This document shows positions 16,869 to 26,405 of a stretch of 32,000 nt of DNA, in pieces (the first letter of the stretch is position 1; every line of letters begins with the position of its first letter). A model generated the notes under the pieces. It searched no databases and was not told the DNA's origin. It worked only from the letters and a program-made list of their open reading frames with translations. The DNA lies in the NCBI GenBank assembly GCA_965219535.1, contig CBDCNV010000001.1:300001-332000 (forward strand), read 5' to 3'. The position numbers and the translations under genes were made by a program. Source of the stretch: Opitutales bacterium. Its GTDB lineage: Bacteria > Verrucomicrobiota > Verrucomicrobiia > Opitutales > PNEW01.

Positions 16869-18215
16869 ATGTTGCGCCGGATCATTGGTTTGGAGACAGA
16901 GTACGGCTGTCTTATCGAGCCGCCGCTAATACCCGAGAGAGTAATTCCTGAAATCCGGGACTGGTTTTTCAATAATAACCGGTATGGCCTCATAGACACC
17001 CATGATCGGGATTGGGATGAGCCGGTGGGGAACGGGGGATTTTTATTTAACGGTGGCCGTATCTATGTCGATATGGGTCATATTGAGTATTGCACGCCGG
17101 AATGCGCGAGTGCTGTCGATACCGTTCTTTATGACCGGGCAGGTGATCTACTTCTTGTCGATGCCGTAGAAGATCTTGGCTATAACGGTAAAGTTAAATT
17201 TTTCCGCAATAATATAGATCATTACACCGGGGCGACTTTTGGGTGTCATGAGAATTACAGTATGGATCGCCATGCTCCTCTGTCAGAAAAAAACGTGCTC
17301 TCGCTGCTCGCCTTTCAGTCCATGCGTGTGCTCTTCGCGGGGTCAGGTCGCGTGGGTTCTGCCGGTGAGGGGAGCATTTACGAAACTGTCAGTGGAATAT
17401 ATGATAATGCCCCCTATCAACTCAGTCAGCGCGCGGATTACATTCATAACGATTTCTTTCAATGGGTGCAGCACAACCGTGCCATTATCAACACCCGAGA
17501 TGAACCACTCGCTGATCCGAGGAAATATCGACGGCTTCATCTACTGCACAGCGACACCAACGTTTTACCCGCGAATCAATTTCTCAAGGTGGGCGCCTCA
17601 TCACTCGTTCTTGATCTTCTCGAAGATGATGCGATGCCGGAGATCGAATTAGATGACGCGGTCGGTTCACTCCACTTATTAAACCGTAGGTTGGAGCCGC
17701 CGTGGAATGTATTTACCCGTAACGGCGGCGAGGTGGACGCGGTCGAATTGCTCTATGAATATTGGGAAAAAGCAGATCAAAACTATCGGAACCGGGATCC
17801 GGAGTCCGATGCCATTCTCAATATTTGGAAAAAAGTACTGGACGGTCTGGCGAGTGACTGCACGGAACTGATTGGCGATCTGGATTGGGTAACGAAACAG
17901 TACCTTCTGGAACAGTTCATGGCCAATGAAAATCTTAATTGGGATGATCCCTGGCTGAAAGCACAAGATATAGAATATCATAATGTGGACCCGTCGGAAA
18001 GCCTCGGTCTGGCGTTGGCCAACCGCAATGGAATCTGGGAACCGGACGAAGCAGTCAATTCCAAAATAGAGCCGCCTAAAGACACGCGTGCATCTAAGCG
18101 CAGCAAATTGATGAGGGATATAGAAGGACATCAAAATTCATACATTCTTGATTGGGATAGGGTCGAATTACAGAATCATTGGCAAGAGACGCTTCTCGAC
18201 CCGTTTGAAACTTAG
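16869..18215 (+). CDS. pafA: PafA-like tag ligase (Pup-ligase superfamily, short paralogue)
   Basis: 448 aa. Motifs RRIIGLETEYG, NGGRIYVDMGHIEYCTPEC, FGCHENY, YQLSQRADYI, INTRDEPLAD..YRRLHLL, LDWVTKQYL and a C-terminal LLDPFET. It lacks the roughly 35-aa insertion seen in the Dop-like paralogue. Confidence 0.85.
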   Translation: MLRRIIGLETEYGCLIEPPLIPERVIPEIRDWFFNNNRYGLIDTHDRDWDEPVGNGGFLFNGGRIYVDMGHIEYCTPECASAVDTVLYDRAGDLLLVDAVEDLGYNGKVKFFRNNIDHYTGATFGCHENYSMDRHAPLSEKNVLSLLAFQSMRVLFAGSGRVGSAGEGSIYETVSGIYDNAPYQLSQRADYIHNDFFQWVQHNRAIINTRDEPLADPRKYRRLHLLHSDTNVLPANQFLKVGASSLVLDLLEDDAMPEIELDDAVGSLHLLNRRLEPPWNVFTRNGGEVDAVELLYEYWEKADQNYRNRDPESDAILNIWKKVLDGLASDCTELIGDLDWVTKQYLLEQFMANENLNWDDPWLKAQDIEYHNVDPSESLGLALANRNGIWEPDEAVNSKIEPPKDTRASKRSKLMRDIEGHQNSYILDWDRVELQNHWQETLLDPFET

Positions 18216-18370
18216 AATTTTAATTATTCATGATGAAGCGCGCGAGCACCTCGGTGTGATGTAATGAGTAATGTAGCGCCTTATGTAACAAATAAGTTGT
18301 CAGGAGGTAGCAGATATTACACAGTCTGAGATTCTATTATTTCCTTAACGCCTGGATAATCACATTAACT

Positions 18371-19387
18371 ATGTCACGTGCCCTGATCACTGGAATTACC
18401 GGTCAAGACGGTTCCTATTTGGCTGAATTGCTTCTGAAAAAAGGTTATGAAGTCCATGGTGTCATCCGCCGATCATCGACTTTCAATACCTCCCGTATCG
18501 ATCATCTCTACCGAGATCCGCATCTAATGGGAACGCATTTGTTTCTCCATTACGGAGATTTATCGGATTCGGTACAAATGATTAAACTCCTTTACGATCT
18601 GGAACCCGAAGAGATTTATAATCTCGGTGCGCAAAGTCATGTCCGCGTATCTTTTGATATTCCAGAGTATACGGGGAATGTTACCGGATTAAGCGCAGTG
18701 CGAATTCTTGAGGCTGTGCGAGAAGCTGGCCTTGCTCGTCGTGTGCGCTATTACCAAGCCTCTTCTTCCGAAATGTTTGGTGAAGTTGCGGAGATACCGC
18801 AGACAGAAACAACACCCTTCCACCCGCGTTCACCTTACGGGTGTGCGAAAGTTTTTGCTTATTGGCTTACCGTCAATTACCGCGAATCTTACAATCTGCA
18901 TGCTAACAACGGAATCCTCTTTAATCATGAATCTCCCCGCCGAGGGGAAACTTTTGTCACGCGAAAGATTACGCAAGCTGCGGCGCGTATAAAAGTGGGT
19001 TTGCAGGATAAACTTTACCTCGGCAATCTTGATGCCCAGCGCGACTGGGGTTACGCACCTGAGTTTGTCGAAGCCATGTGGATGATGCTTCAACAGGAGA
19101 AACCTGACGATTACGTTATCGCCACGAATGAGACGCACAGCGTAAAAGATTTTTGCGTGGAAGCTTTTTCACGCGTCGACCTCGATTGGGAAAAATACGT
19201 TGAATATGACAAACGTTATGAGCGACCGGCCGAAGTGAATCTATTGAAGGGCAATCCGGCTAAAGCTAAAAGACAGCTCGATTGGGAACCCAAGGTCAAG
19301 TTCAAGGAGCTTGTCGGAATCATGGTTGATGCCGATGTGGAGATGGCTAAAAATGAAAAGGCCTATCAAGAAGCCGTGACCAGTTAA
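18371..19387 (+). CDS. gmd: GDP-mannose 4,6-dehydratase
   Basis: 338 aa. N-terminus [22 protein letters not shown] catalytic context [10 protein letters not shown], plus [12 protein letters not shown] and [13 protein letters not shown], all hallmark Gmd blocks. Confidence 0.95.
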   Translation: MSRALITGITGQDGSYLAELLLKKGYEVHGVIRRSSTFNTSRIDHLYRDPHLMGTHLFLHYGDLSDSVQMIKLLYDLEPEEIYNLGAQSHVRVSFDIPEYTGNVTGLSAVRILEAVREAGLARRVRYYQASSSEMFGEVAEIPQTETTPFHPRSPYGCAKVFAYWLTVNYRESYNLHANNGILFNHESPRRGETFVTRKITQAAARIKVGLQDKLYLGNLDAQRDWGYAPEFVEAMWMMLQQEKPDDYVIATNETHSVKDFCVEAFSRVDLDWEKYVEYDKRYERPAEVNLLKGNPAKAKRQLDWEPKVKFKELVGIMVDADVEMAKNEKAYQEAVTS

Positions 19388-19388
19388 A

Positions 19389-20330
19389 ATGAGCGATAAA
19401 ATATATGTCTCGGGGCATCGGGGCATGGTGGGATCAGCCATCGTGAGAGAGATGCGCGATCGGGGATTAGACAACCTGATATTACGCACACGTGATGAGC
19501 TCGATCTGTGTGACAATTCCGCAGTCGATGATTTTTTCCGTAAAGAAAAACCCACTACCGTTATTGTTTCAGCGGCAAAAGTAGGCGGTATTCACGCGAA
19601 TAGTACTTATCCTGCGGACTTTATCTATGAGAATCTTGCCATCGCCTTAAATACGATTCACGCCGCTTATAATAGTGGAGTGAGCCGACTGCTTTTCCTT
19701 GGGAGTTCCTGTATTTATCCTCGTGAGGCACTGCAACCGATGGCTGAAGAAAGTCTTCTATCGAGCGCCTTAGAATCTACTAATGAAGCTTACGCTATTG
19801 CTAAAATCGCGAGTCTCAAACTCTGTCAATATTACCGCAAGCAATACGGGGTTTTATTTCATTCAGCGATGCCGACCAATCTCTATGGTCCTGGTGATAA
19901 TTATCATCCCGAAAACAGCCACGTATTGCCCGCCCTTATCCGGCGGTTTCACGAGGCAAAAGAAGAGGGACAACCGTCAGTTACGATTTGGGGAACGGGG
20001 CAGGCGCGTCGGGAGTTTCTTCATGTCGACGATCTTGCGGGTGGCGTCTTACACCTTTTACAGCTTGATGATCCACCTGACTGGATAAACATCGGTTTCG
20101 GTGGAGACGTAACGATAATCGAAGTTGCGGAGCTCATAAAAAAAATAGTGGATTATAATGGGGAAATTAATTTCGACCCTTCAAAGCCTGACGGCACACC
20201 ACGCAAGTTGCTCGATAGCAAACGAATTTTTACCACCGGCTGGCAGCCGCAGATCTCGCTCGAGGAAGGGCTGGTGAGAACTTACAAGAATTTTCTTGAG
20301 GAACAAATGGCTGGAACTCTGAGAGTATAA
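19389..20330 (+). CDS. fcl: GDP-L-fucose synthase (GDP-4-keto-6-deoxymannose 3,5-epimerase/4-reductase)
   Basis: 313 aa. Motifs [46 protein letters not shown] and [10 protein letters not shown]. It starts 1 nt after the gmd stop. Confidence 0.92.
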   Translation: MSDKIYVSGHRGMVGSAIVREMRDRGLDNLILRTRDELDLCDNSAVDDFFRKEKPTTVIVSAAKVGGIHANSTYPADFIYENLAIALNTIHAAYNSGVSRLLFLGSSCIYPREALQPMAEESLLSSALESTNEAYAIAKIASLKLCQYYRKQYGVLFHSAMPTNLYGPGDNYHPENSHVLPALIRRFHEAKEEGQPSVTIWGTGQARREFLHVDDLAGGVLHLLQLDDPPDWINIGFGGDVTIIEVAELIKKIVDYNGEINFDPSKPDGTPRKLLDSKRIFTTGWQPQISLEEGLVRTYKNFLEEQMAGTLRV

Positions 20331-20379
20331 TTACGGGATTATGAGAACAGCTTTAATAATTATTGCTTAAAATCCAGGG

Positions 20380-21531
20380 ATGAGCCGCTTTTTCATTGTT
20401 GCAGGAAAACGTACACCGCAGGGGCGTTTTCTAGGAAAACTTTCACGGTATTCAGCGGTTGATCTTGCTGTTGCGGCTGGAGAAAAGACGCTTTCGGGAA
20501 TCGACCCTTCAGTTATCGATTTAGTCATTGTCGGTAATATCCTGAGCGCGGGGCAGGGGATGAATATTGCCCGTCAGATCGGTGTCAAGTTGGGTGTGCC
20601 GGTGGACAGCACAGCTTTTACCGTAAACATGATGTGTGCTTCCGGACTTTGGTCTATAATTCTTGCGGCGCAGGCGATTAAAACAGGTGAAGCTTCTGTT
20701 GTTCTTTGCGGCGGAACTGAATCAATGTCTAATGCTCCGTACCTGCTTGAGCGCGCGCGCCAGGGTTATAAATTAGGGGATGGGGCTGTCGTTGACTCTA
20801 TCTTGCGCGACGGGCTGGTCGACAGTTTCGATCATCAGCACATGGGCATGAACGCAGAACGTCTCGCGAAAGAATATAATATAAGCCGCGCAGAGCAGGA
20901 TACTTTTGCCGAAGTCAGTCAAAGGCGTTATGCCGAAGCGGCGAGCGAAGGTCACTTTGATGCGGAAATGATCGCTATGAATGAGCTGGACAGCGACGAA
21001 CATCCGCGTCCGGACACGACGCTGGAGCACCTCGCGTCTTTGAAGCCGGTCTTCGATGAAAAAGGAAGTGTTACCGCCGGTAACGCATCGGGAATTAATG
21101 ATGGGGCAGCTATCTTAATCGTTTGTAGTGAGGAGGCGTTAAGTAAACATAACTGGGTTCCGCTCGCTGAAGTTGGCGCCTGGGCTTCGGTTGGCTGCGA
21201 TCCTAAATACATGGGACTAGGCCCGGTGCATGCCACGCGAAAATTGTGTGCGCAAAACGGTGACGCAGTAGATCAATTTGATACGATCGAAATAAATGAA
21301 GCTTTTGCCGTTCAGACCCTGGCCTGTATGAAAGAATTAAACCTGGACGCGGAAAAAGTGAATCAGGAGGGAGGGGCTATCGCGCTCGGCCATCCTGTCG
21401 GAGCGAGTGGTGCCCGCCTCGCCACCCACCTTGCTCATCGTATTCAATCGGGAAATACGCAGAAGGGTCTGGCCTCACTCTGTGTAGGTGGAGGTATGGG
21501 TGTCGCGGTTACGCTTCAACATGTATCGTGA
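20380..21531 (+). CDS. Acetyl-CoA C-acetyltransferase (thiolase II)
   Basis: 383 aa. Active-site Cys context VNMMCASG, plus NASGINDGAA, GHPVGASGARL and CVGGGMG. Confidence 0.92.
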   Translation: MSRFFIVAGKRTPQGRFLGKLSRYSAVDLAVAAGEKTLSGIDPSVIDLVIVGNILSAGQGMNIARQIGVKLGVPVDSTAFTVNMMCASGLWSIILAAQAIKTGEASVVLCGGTESMSNAPYLLERARQGYKLGDGAVVDSILRDGLVDSFDHQHMGMNAERLAKEYNISRAEQDTFAEVSQRRYAEAASEGHFDAEMIAMNELDSDEHPRPDTTLEHLASLKPVFDEKGSVTAGNASGINDGAAILIVCSEEALSKHNWVPLAEVGAWASVGCDPKYMGLGPVHATRKLCAQNGDAVDQFDTIEINEAFAVQTLACMKELNLDAEKVNQEGGAIALGHPVGASGARLATHLAHRIQSGNTQKGLASLCVGGGMGVAVTLQHVS

Positions 21532-21550
21532 CGCGGGGTAATAGTAGTGG

Positions 21551-22915
21551 ATGAATCGCCCTAACATATTATATATACACTCGCATGATACGGGGCGCTA
21601 TGTGCAACCGTACGGACACGCGGTTCCCACGCCAAATATTCAACGACTTGCAGAAGGAGCTGTTGTCTTCCGACAAGCCCATTGCGCCGCCCCGACCTGT
21701 TCACCGAGTCGAGCGGCGCTTCTCACAGGCCAATGTCCACACAGTTGTGGCCAATTAGGTTTAGCCAATCTCGGTTTTTATTTGCGCGATACGGATAAAC
21801 ACCTCGCCCATACGCTACACGCACACAATTATTATACCGCTTTATATGGGGTTCAACATCTACACATCAAACCCGAATTGCTCGGGTACGATCGGATTGT
21901 CGAGGCTAAGCGGACTGCATCATTACCAAACCTGGATATATCTTCGGATACAGTAAATAATGTTCAGGACTTTCTAAAAAATATACCGTCAAAACCGTTT
22001 TTTCTGACCGCGGGATTTTCCGAAACGCACCGCGTGTTTCCTTCACCCGGTATCGAGGAAAATCCGCACTACTGTATGCCTCCAGCACCCCTTCCAGACA
22101 CCCCTGAGATCCGGGAAGACATGGCCGCTTATAAAGCGAGCGCGAGAATCCTCGACAAAAACATAGGTGCGATCCTAAAAACCCTCGATGATTGCGGATT
22201 GGCAGAGAACACATTGGTTATCTGTACCACTGACCACGGATTGGCATTTCCAAACATGAAGTGTAATCTCAATGATCAGGGTACCGGGGTTATGCTAATT
22301 GTGCGGGGCCCCGGGGGATTTCAGGGAGGAAAAGTCTGTGATGCTCTCGTCTCGCAGATCGACATTTATCCGACCCTTTGCGAGTTGCTTGCGATCGAAG
22401 CTCCATCCTGGCTGGAAGGGCATTCGTTAATGCCACTCATTCGGAATGAAAAAGATGAAATTAATAGCGAGATTTTTGCCGAAATCAATTACCACGCCGG
22501 CTATCAGCCGATGCGATCTATGAGGACCACGCGGTGGAAATACATCCGCCATTTCAGCGATTACGCAAAAAAAATTGTCATTAATGTAGATTCCAGTTTG
22601 TCCAGAGACTTCTTACTTCAACACGGATGGGAGGATCGCTCAGAACCGAAAGAAGAAATATATGATCTCGTTATCGATCCTAATGAAGTGAATAATCTGG
22701 CAGGTGATCAAGTCTATGCCGAGGTGCTTGAGGAGATGAGGGAGCGCCTCGATCAATGGATGCATAAGACGGATGATCCTTTACTTAAAGGAGAGGTCCC
22801 GTCGCCGATTGGGGCGATCATTGCAGAACCTTATGAAAGGGATTTGAATAAGCAGCGGGAAAAACATCCTCCCCATCCCTGGGATACGCGCGAGAAAGTC
22901 GATAACCGCAGTTAA
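21551..22915 (+). CDS. Cys-type (formylglycine) sulfatase, apparently cytoplasmic
   Basis: 454 aa. N-terminus NILYIHSHD (metal-binding Asp region), sulfatase signature C-S-P-S-R-AALLTG, and TTDHG downstream. No N-terminal signal peptide is visible. Confidence 0.9.
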   Translation: MNRPNILYIHSHDTGRYVQPYGHAVPTPNIQRLAEGAVVFRQAHCAAPTCSPSRAALLTGQCPHSCGQLGLANLGFYLRDTDKHLAHTLHAHNYYTALYGVQHLHIKPELLGYDRIVEAKRTASLPNLDISSDTVNNVQDFLKNIPSKPFFLTAGFSETHRVFPSPGIEENPHYCMPPAPLPDTPEIREDMAAYKASARILDKNIGAILKTLDDCGLAENTLVICTTDHGLAFPNMKCNLNDQGTGVMLIVRGPGGFQGGKVCDALVSQIDIYPTLCELLAIEAPSWLEGHSLMPLIRNEKDEINSEIFAEINYHAGYQPMRSMRTTRWKYIRHFSDYAKKIVINVDSSLSRDFLLQHGWEDRSEPKEEIYDLVIDPNEVNNLAGDQVYAEVLEEMRERLDQWMHKTDDPLLKGEVPSPIGAIIAEPYERDLNKQREKHPPHPWDTREKVDNRS

Positions 22916-22945
22916 GTTTTAACGGTATGCGGAAACCGATTTAAT

Positions 22946-23500
22946 TCAAATCAGACCAAGTTGCATTTTGCCCTCTTCGCTGATCATGTCCTGGTTCCAG
23001 GGCGGATCCCATACCAGTTCAACATTCGCTTCACCCACACCGGGGACATCGCACATTTTACTTTTAGCATCCTCTGCAATCACCGGTCCCATCCCGCAAC
23101 CGGGGGCAGTGAGGGTCATCGTTACATTGACATTATAATTGTCGTTTTCTTCTTCCTTAACATTCAAAGAATATACCAGACCGAGATCGACGATATTAAC
23201 CGGTATTTCAGGATCGAACACGGTTTTTAACTGTTCCCAGATAGCCAACTCATCAGGCGGGCCCTGGTGCTCTACGCTTCGGTTGGCTTGAGCAGGTGTC
23301 GCTTGCACCTCTTCTCCCAGCGCATCGGCATTTTCACGTTCTATTCGGGCCATACCGTAGTCCCAAACGACGGTAAAGTTACCACCGAGCCGATGAGTAA
23401 TTTTGACCTTGCTCCCCTCGGCAAGGGTTACAGCTTCTCCCGAGGGAACAACTGTAGCAGGACAGTCGCGGGAAATGATTCGTTCTTCTTCCATAGCCAT
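22946..23500 (-). CDS. sufT: SUF-system Fe-S assembly protein SufT (long form, C-terminal DUF59/MIP18 domain)
   Basis: 184 aa. C-terminal half has LKTVFDPEIPVNIVDLGLVY and TLTAPGCGMGP, typical of DUF59. It is the last gene of the suf operon. Confidence 0.8.
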   Translation of the reverse strand: MAMEEERIISRDCPATVVPSGEAVTLAEGSKVKITHRLGGNFTVVWDYGMARIERENADALGEEVQATPAQANRSVEHQGPPDELAIWEQLKTVFDPEIPVNIVDLGLVYSLNVKEEENDNYNVNVTMTLTAPGCGMGPVIAEDAKSKMCDVPGVGEANVELVWDPPWNQDMISEEGKMQLGLI

Positions 23501-23524
23501 GAAGATTATCGATTCGAAAAGACC

Positions 23525-24877
23525 TTATTGATTGTGAAGTTTACCGCGTATGATACTTCGTACGTTGTTCGCCAATTCCTGGTTATCGAACTTATCAATA
23601 ATTTCTTCAAAAAAACCAAAAACCATAAGTTGTTGTGCAGTCCATTTTGGTATTCCACGCGAGAGCATGTAGAAGAGCTGGTTCTGATCAAGCCGACCCG
23701 ATGTCGCACCGTGACTGCACTTGACATCATCTGCCAGGATTTCAAGACCGGGCAGGGAGTTAGCTTCTGCGATATCGCTGAGGAGCAGGTTGCGATTAGT
23801 CTGATAAGCGTCAGTTTTTTGTGCATTTTCGTCGACACGAATAAGTCCGGAAAAGATGGTGCGTGATTGATCCAGGAGCGTGTTTTTAAAAAGAAGATCG
23901 GAAACAGTGTGGGGAGCAGAATGCGTTTGCAAACTGCGCTGATCAAACTCCTGGTCGCCGTCCGTAACACTCAGAGAATAAGTATCAACTTTACTCCCAG
24001 ATCCAAGCATCCGGGTGTGATGCTCGTGGCGCATATAGGAAGAACCGACATTAATATTAATACTTTTAATATAAGCGTCCCGTTCCGCATTTGCGGTATT
24101 GAGATGGAAGCTTTGGGTCTCCAGGTTCCAATCCTGAACGGCGGCGTAAGAAATCTGACTTCCCGTTCCGCTATAAATATTCGTACAGGAAATAGCCAGG
24201 TTACTTATATCCAGGTTCATGCTTTTAAAAAAGTTCACGAAACTTACTTTAGCATTATCATCTGCGATGATTATCGTGTGCGGGAACACGGCCATACCCT
24301 CTGTTGATGTCCAATTATAGGTAGCAAATGGGAATTCGATTTCGACACCCCGAGGTATATAGAGAAAGGTGCCGTTTGCCGAAAGCGCATGATGTAGGGA
24401 ACCGAATTTTTCCGCACCCAGGTTTGGCAATGAACCCGTGAAATATTTTTTGACAAGATCACTGTGATTGAGGATGGCATCTTCTAATGTTGTCCAGATA
24501 ACACCTTTTTCGTCTAATTCTGTGCTGAATTCTACGCCCCCACACTGACGGTCGTCAGCGAAAGTGATCTTACCGGCAATCGAGTTGAGCTGATCGGATT
24601 GCTCCTTCAGTACTTCTTCTTCAATCGATTTAATGTCACTTACCTGGTGATAGTTATCCAGATTCAGATTTTGGGTATTAGAAAAACGCCAAGTATCCTC
24701 GCTGCGTTTAGGCATGGGCGTTGTGATAAAATTGTTCCACGCTGTGCGCTTGAGATCCAGAAGCCATGCAGGTACGCCGTTAATTCGATCCAGATGATTG
24801 GCGAAAGTTTCTTCGGTCGTCATCTCGATGGAACTATCTTTAAGTCTTGTGAGATCAGCTGTTCTAGCCTCAATCAT
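23525..24877 (-). CDS. sufD: Fe-S cluster assembly protein SufD
   Basis: 450 aa. Beta-helix-type SufB/SufD family sequence ending in KCSHGATSGRLDQNQLFYMLSRGI. It follows sufB. Confidence 0.88.
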   Translation of the reverse strand: MIEARTADLTRLKDSSIEMTTEETFANHLDRINGVPAWLLDLKRTAWNNFITTPMPKRSEDTWRFSNTQNLNLDNYHQVSDIKSIEEEVLKEQSDQLNSIAGKITFADDRQCGGVEFSTELDEKGVIWTTLEDAILNHSDLVKKYFTGSLPNLGAEKFGSLHHALSANGTFLYIPRGVEIEFPFATYNWTSTEGMAVFPHTIIIADDNAKVSFVNFFKSMNLDISNLAISCTNIYSGTGSQISYAAVQDWNLETQSFHLNTANAERDAYIKSININVGSSYMRHEHHTRMLGSGSKVDTYSLSVTDGDQEFDQRSLQTHSAPHTVSDLLFKNTLLDQSRTIFSGLIRVDENAQKTDAYQTNRNLLLSDIAEANSLPGLEILADDVKCSHGATSGRLDQNQLFYMLSRGIPKWTAQQLMVFGFFEEIIDKFDNQELANNVRSIIRGKLHNQ

Positions 24878-24940
24878 GTATTCCTGCCTCTATATTTTAA
24901 CTTTATAAATTCTGCCGTTACTCTCTTGTCTCTGACAGGT

Positions 24941-26347
24941 TTATCCGACAGACCCTTCCATTTCCATGTCAATGAGGCGCTTGAGTTCCACGCTGTATTC
25001 CATCGGAAACTGGCTGATTAGATCGTTGACAAAGCCGTTAACACTGAGGCTCATCGCTTCACCTTCAGACAAGCCGCGCTGCATCATATAAAAAATCTGC
25101 TCAGCACTCACCTTGGAGACGCTCGCCTCATGCTGCACCGAATTACCGTCACCTCGAACCGAAATCGCGGGATAAGTATCGGTGCGGCTATTGCTGTTAA
25201 TGAGCAGGGCGTCACACTCCGTGTTGTTCTTACAATTCTTCAGGTGCTTGGGTATGGAGACCAATCCACGGTAGGAAGAGCGGCCGGTTCCCACGCTAAT
25301 ACTCTTGGCTATAATGTTCGAGGTGGTTTCGTCTGCAGCATGAATCATTTTTGCGCCGGTATCCTGATGTTGGCTGTCGTTGGCTAAGGCAATTGAAAGC
25401 ACTTCGCCCCGGCTCTTTTCCCCTTTGAGGATAACCGCGGGGTACTTCATAGTGAGACGGCTGCCTATGTTGCAATCGATCCATTTGATTTCAGCTTCTT
25501 CCATCGCCATGCCGCGCTTGGTGACAAGGTTGAAAACATTATTGGACCAGTTCTGCACCGTAATATACTGTATTTTCGCACCTTTTAACGCGATAAGCTC
25601 TACCACCGCGCTGTGTAGAGTGGTCGTCTCGAATTTTGGTGCCGTGCAGCCCTCCATGTAGGTAACTTCGGCACCCTCGTCAGCAATGATCAGGGTGCGT
25701 TCGAACTGACCGAAGTTTTCGGCATTGATGCGGAAATAAACCTGTAAAGGTTGGCGAACTTTCACCCCGGGTGGTACATAAATAAAACTACCCCCGCTGA
25801 ATACCGCACTGTTGAGGGCGCTGAACTTGTTGTCCCCAGTCGGTATAACCTTACCGAACCATTTCCGGAAAATTTCCGGATGTTCTTTTAATCCTTCCGT
25901 GGATCCAATAAAAATGACACCCTCTTTTGCCAGTTCCTCCTTAGTATTTGAGTAGGCGGCTTCGCTGTCAAATTGCGCTTCCACGCCAGCGAGAAACTTA
26001 CGTTCCTGTTCGGGAATGCCCAAACGTTCAAAGGTTTCTTTCACATCGTCGGGAACTTCATCCCAGGATCGGCTGGGTTTCTGCCCTTTGGCCAGGTAAT
26101 AGCGAATCTTATCAAAGTCGATATTCTCCAGATCCTTTGTTGCCCAGTGGGTTGGCAAGGCTTTGCTCTCAAATATCTTGAGGGCCTTTAAACGAAAATC
26201 GAGCAGCCATTTGTCCTCACCTTTGACATCAGAAATATAACGAATGGTATCCTCATTAAGCCCAGTGCCGGCATCATAATTGTAATGGGTGTCGTAGTGA
26301 AAATTTCCTTTTTCTCGATCGATGTCTATGGTTGATGTTGCTGCCAT
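24941..26347 (-). CDS. sufB: Fe-S cluster assembly scaffold SufB
   Basis: 468 aa. Highly conserved SufB blocks: [28 protein letters not shown], and [25 protein letters not shown]. Confidence 0.95.
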   Translation of the reverse strand: MAATSTIDIDREKGNFHYDTHYNYDAGTGLNEDTIRYISDVKGEDKWLLDFRLKALKIFESKALPTHWATKDLENIDFDKIRYYLAKGQKPSRSWDEVPDDVKETFERLGIPEQERKFLAGVEAQFDSEAAYSNTKEELAKEGVIFIGSTEGLKEHPEIFRKWFGKVIPTGDNKFSALNSAVFSGGSFIYVPPGVKVRQPLQVYFRINAENFGQFERTLIIADEGAEVTYMEGCTAPKFETTTLHSAVVELIALKGAKIQYITVQNWSNNVFNLVTKRGMAMEEAEIKWIDCNIGSRLTMKYPAVILKGEKSRGEVLSIALANDSQHQDTGAKMIHAADETTSNIIAKSISVGTGRSSYRGLVSIPKHLKNCKNNTECDALLINSNSRTDTYPAISVRGDGNSVQHEASVSKVSAEQIFYMMQRGLSEGEAMSLSVNGFVNDLISQFPMEYSVELKRLIDMEMEGSVG

Positions 26348-26405
26348 TTTGATGATTGTTAAGTGTTACTATAAATGTTTACTGTTTAGCTTGCGTGTTC
26401 TCTTT

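Noticed and set aside
17239-18134. Internal ORFs within pafA (137 aa on the plus strand, 151 aa on the minus strand). Similar nested ORFs occur inside addA, addB, mpa, sufB and the receptor gene.
   Set aside because: All are embedded in strongly supported genes, in other frames or on the other strand, and have no recognisable domains.
22916-22945. A short hairpin, CGGT-N8-ACCG, in the 30-nt convergent gap between the sulfatase and sufT, considered as a bidirectional terminator.
   Set aside because: The stem is only 4 bp and has no flanking U/A tracts, so it is not supportable.
23267-23970. Long alternative ORFs (199 aa on the plus strand at 23267-23866, 154 aa on the minus strand at 23506-23970) spanning the sufT/sufD junction.
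   Set aside because: They overlap frames that encode clearly conserved SufT and SufD sequences. Their translations are low-complexity and motif-free. They are treated as spurious shadow ORFs.
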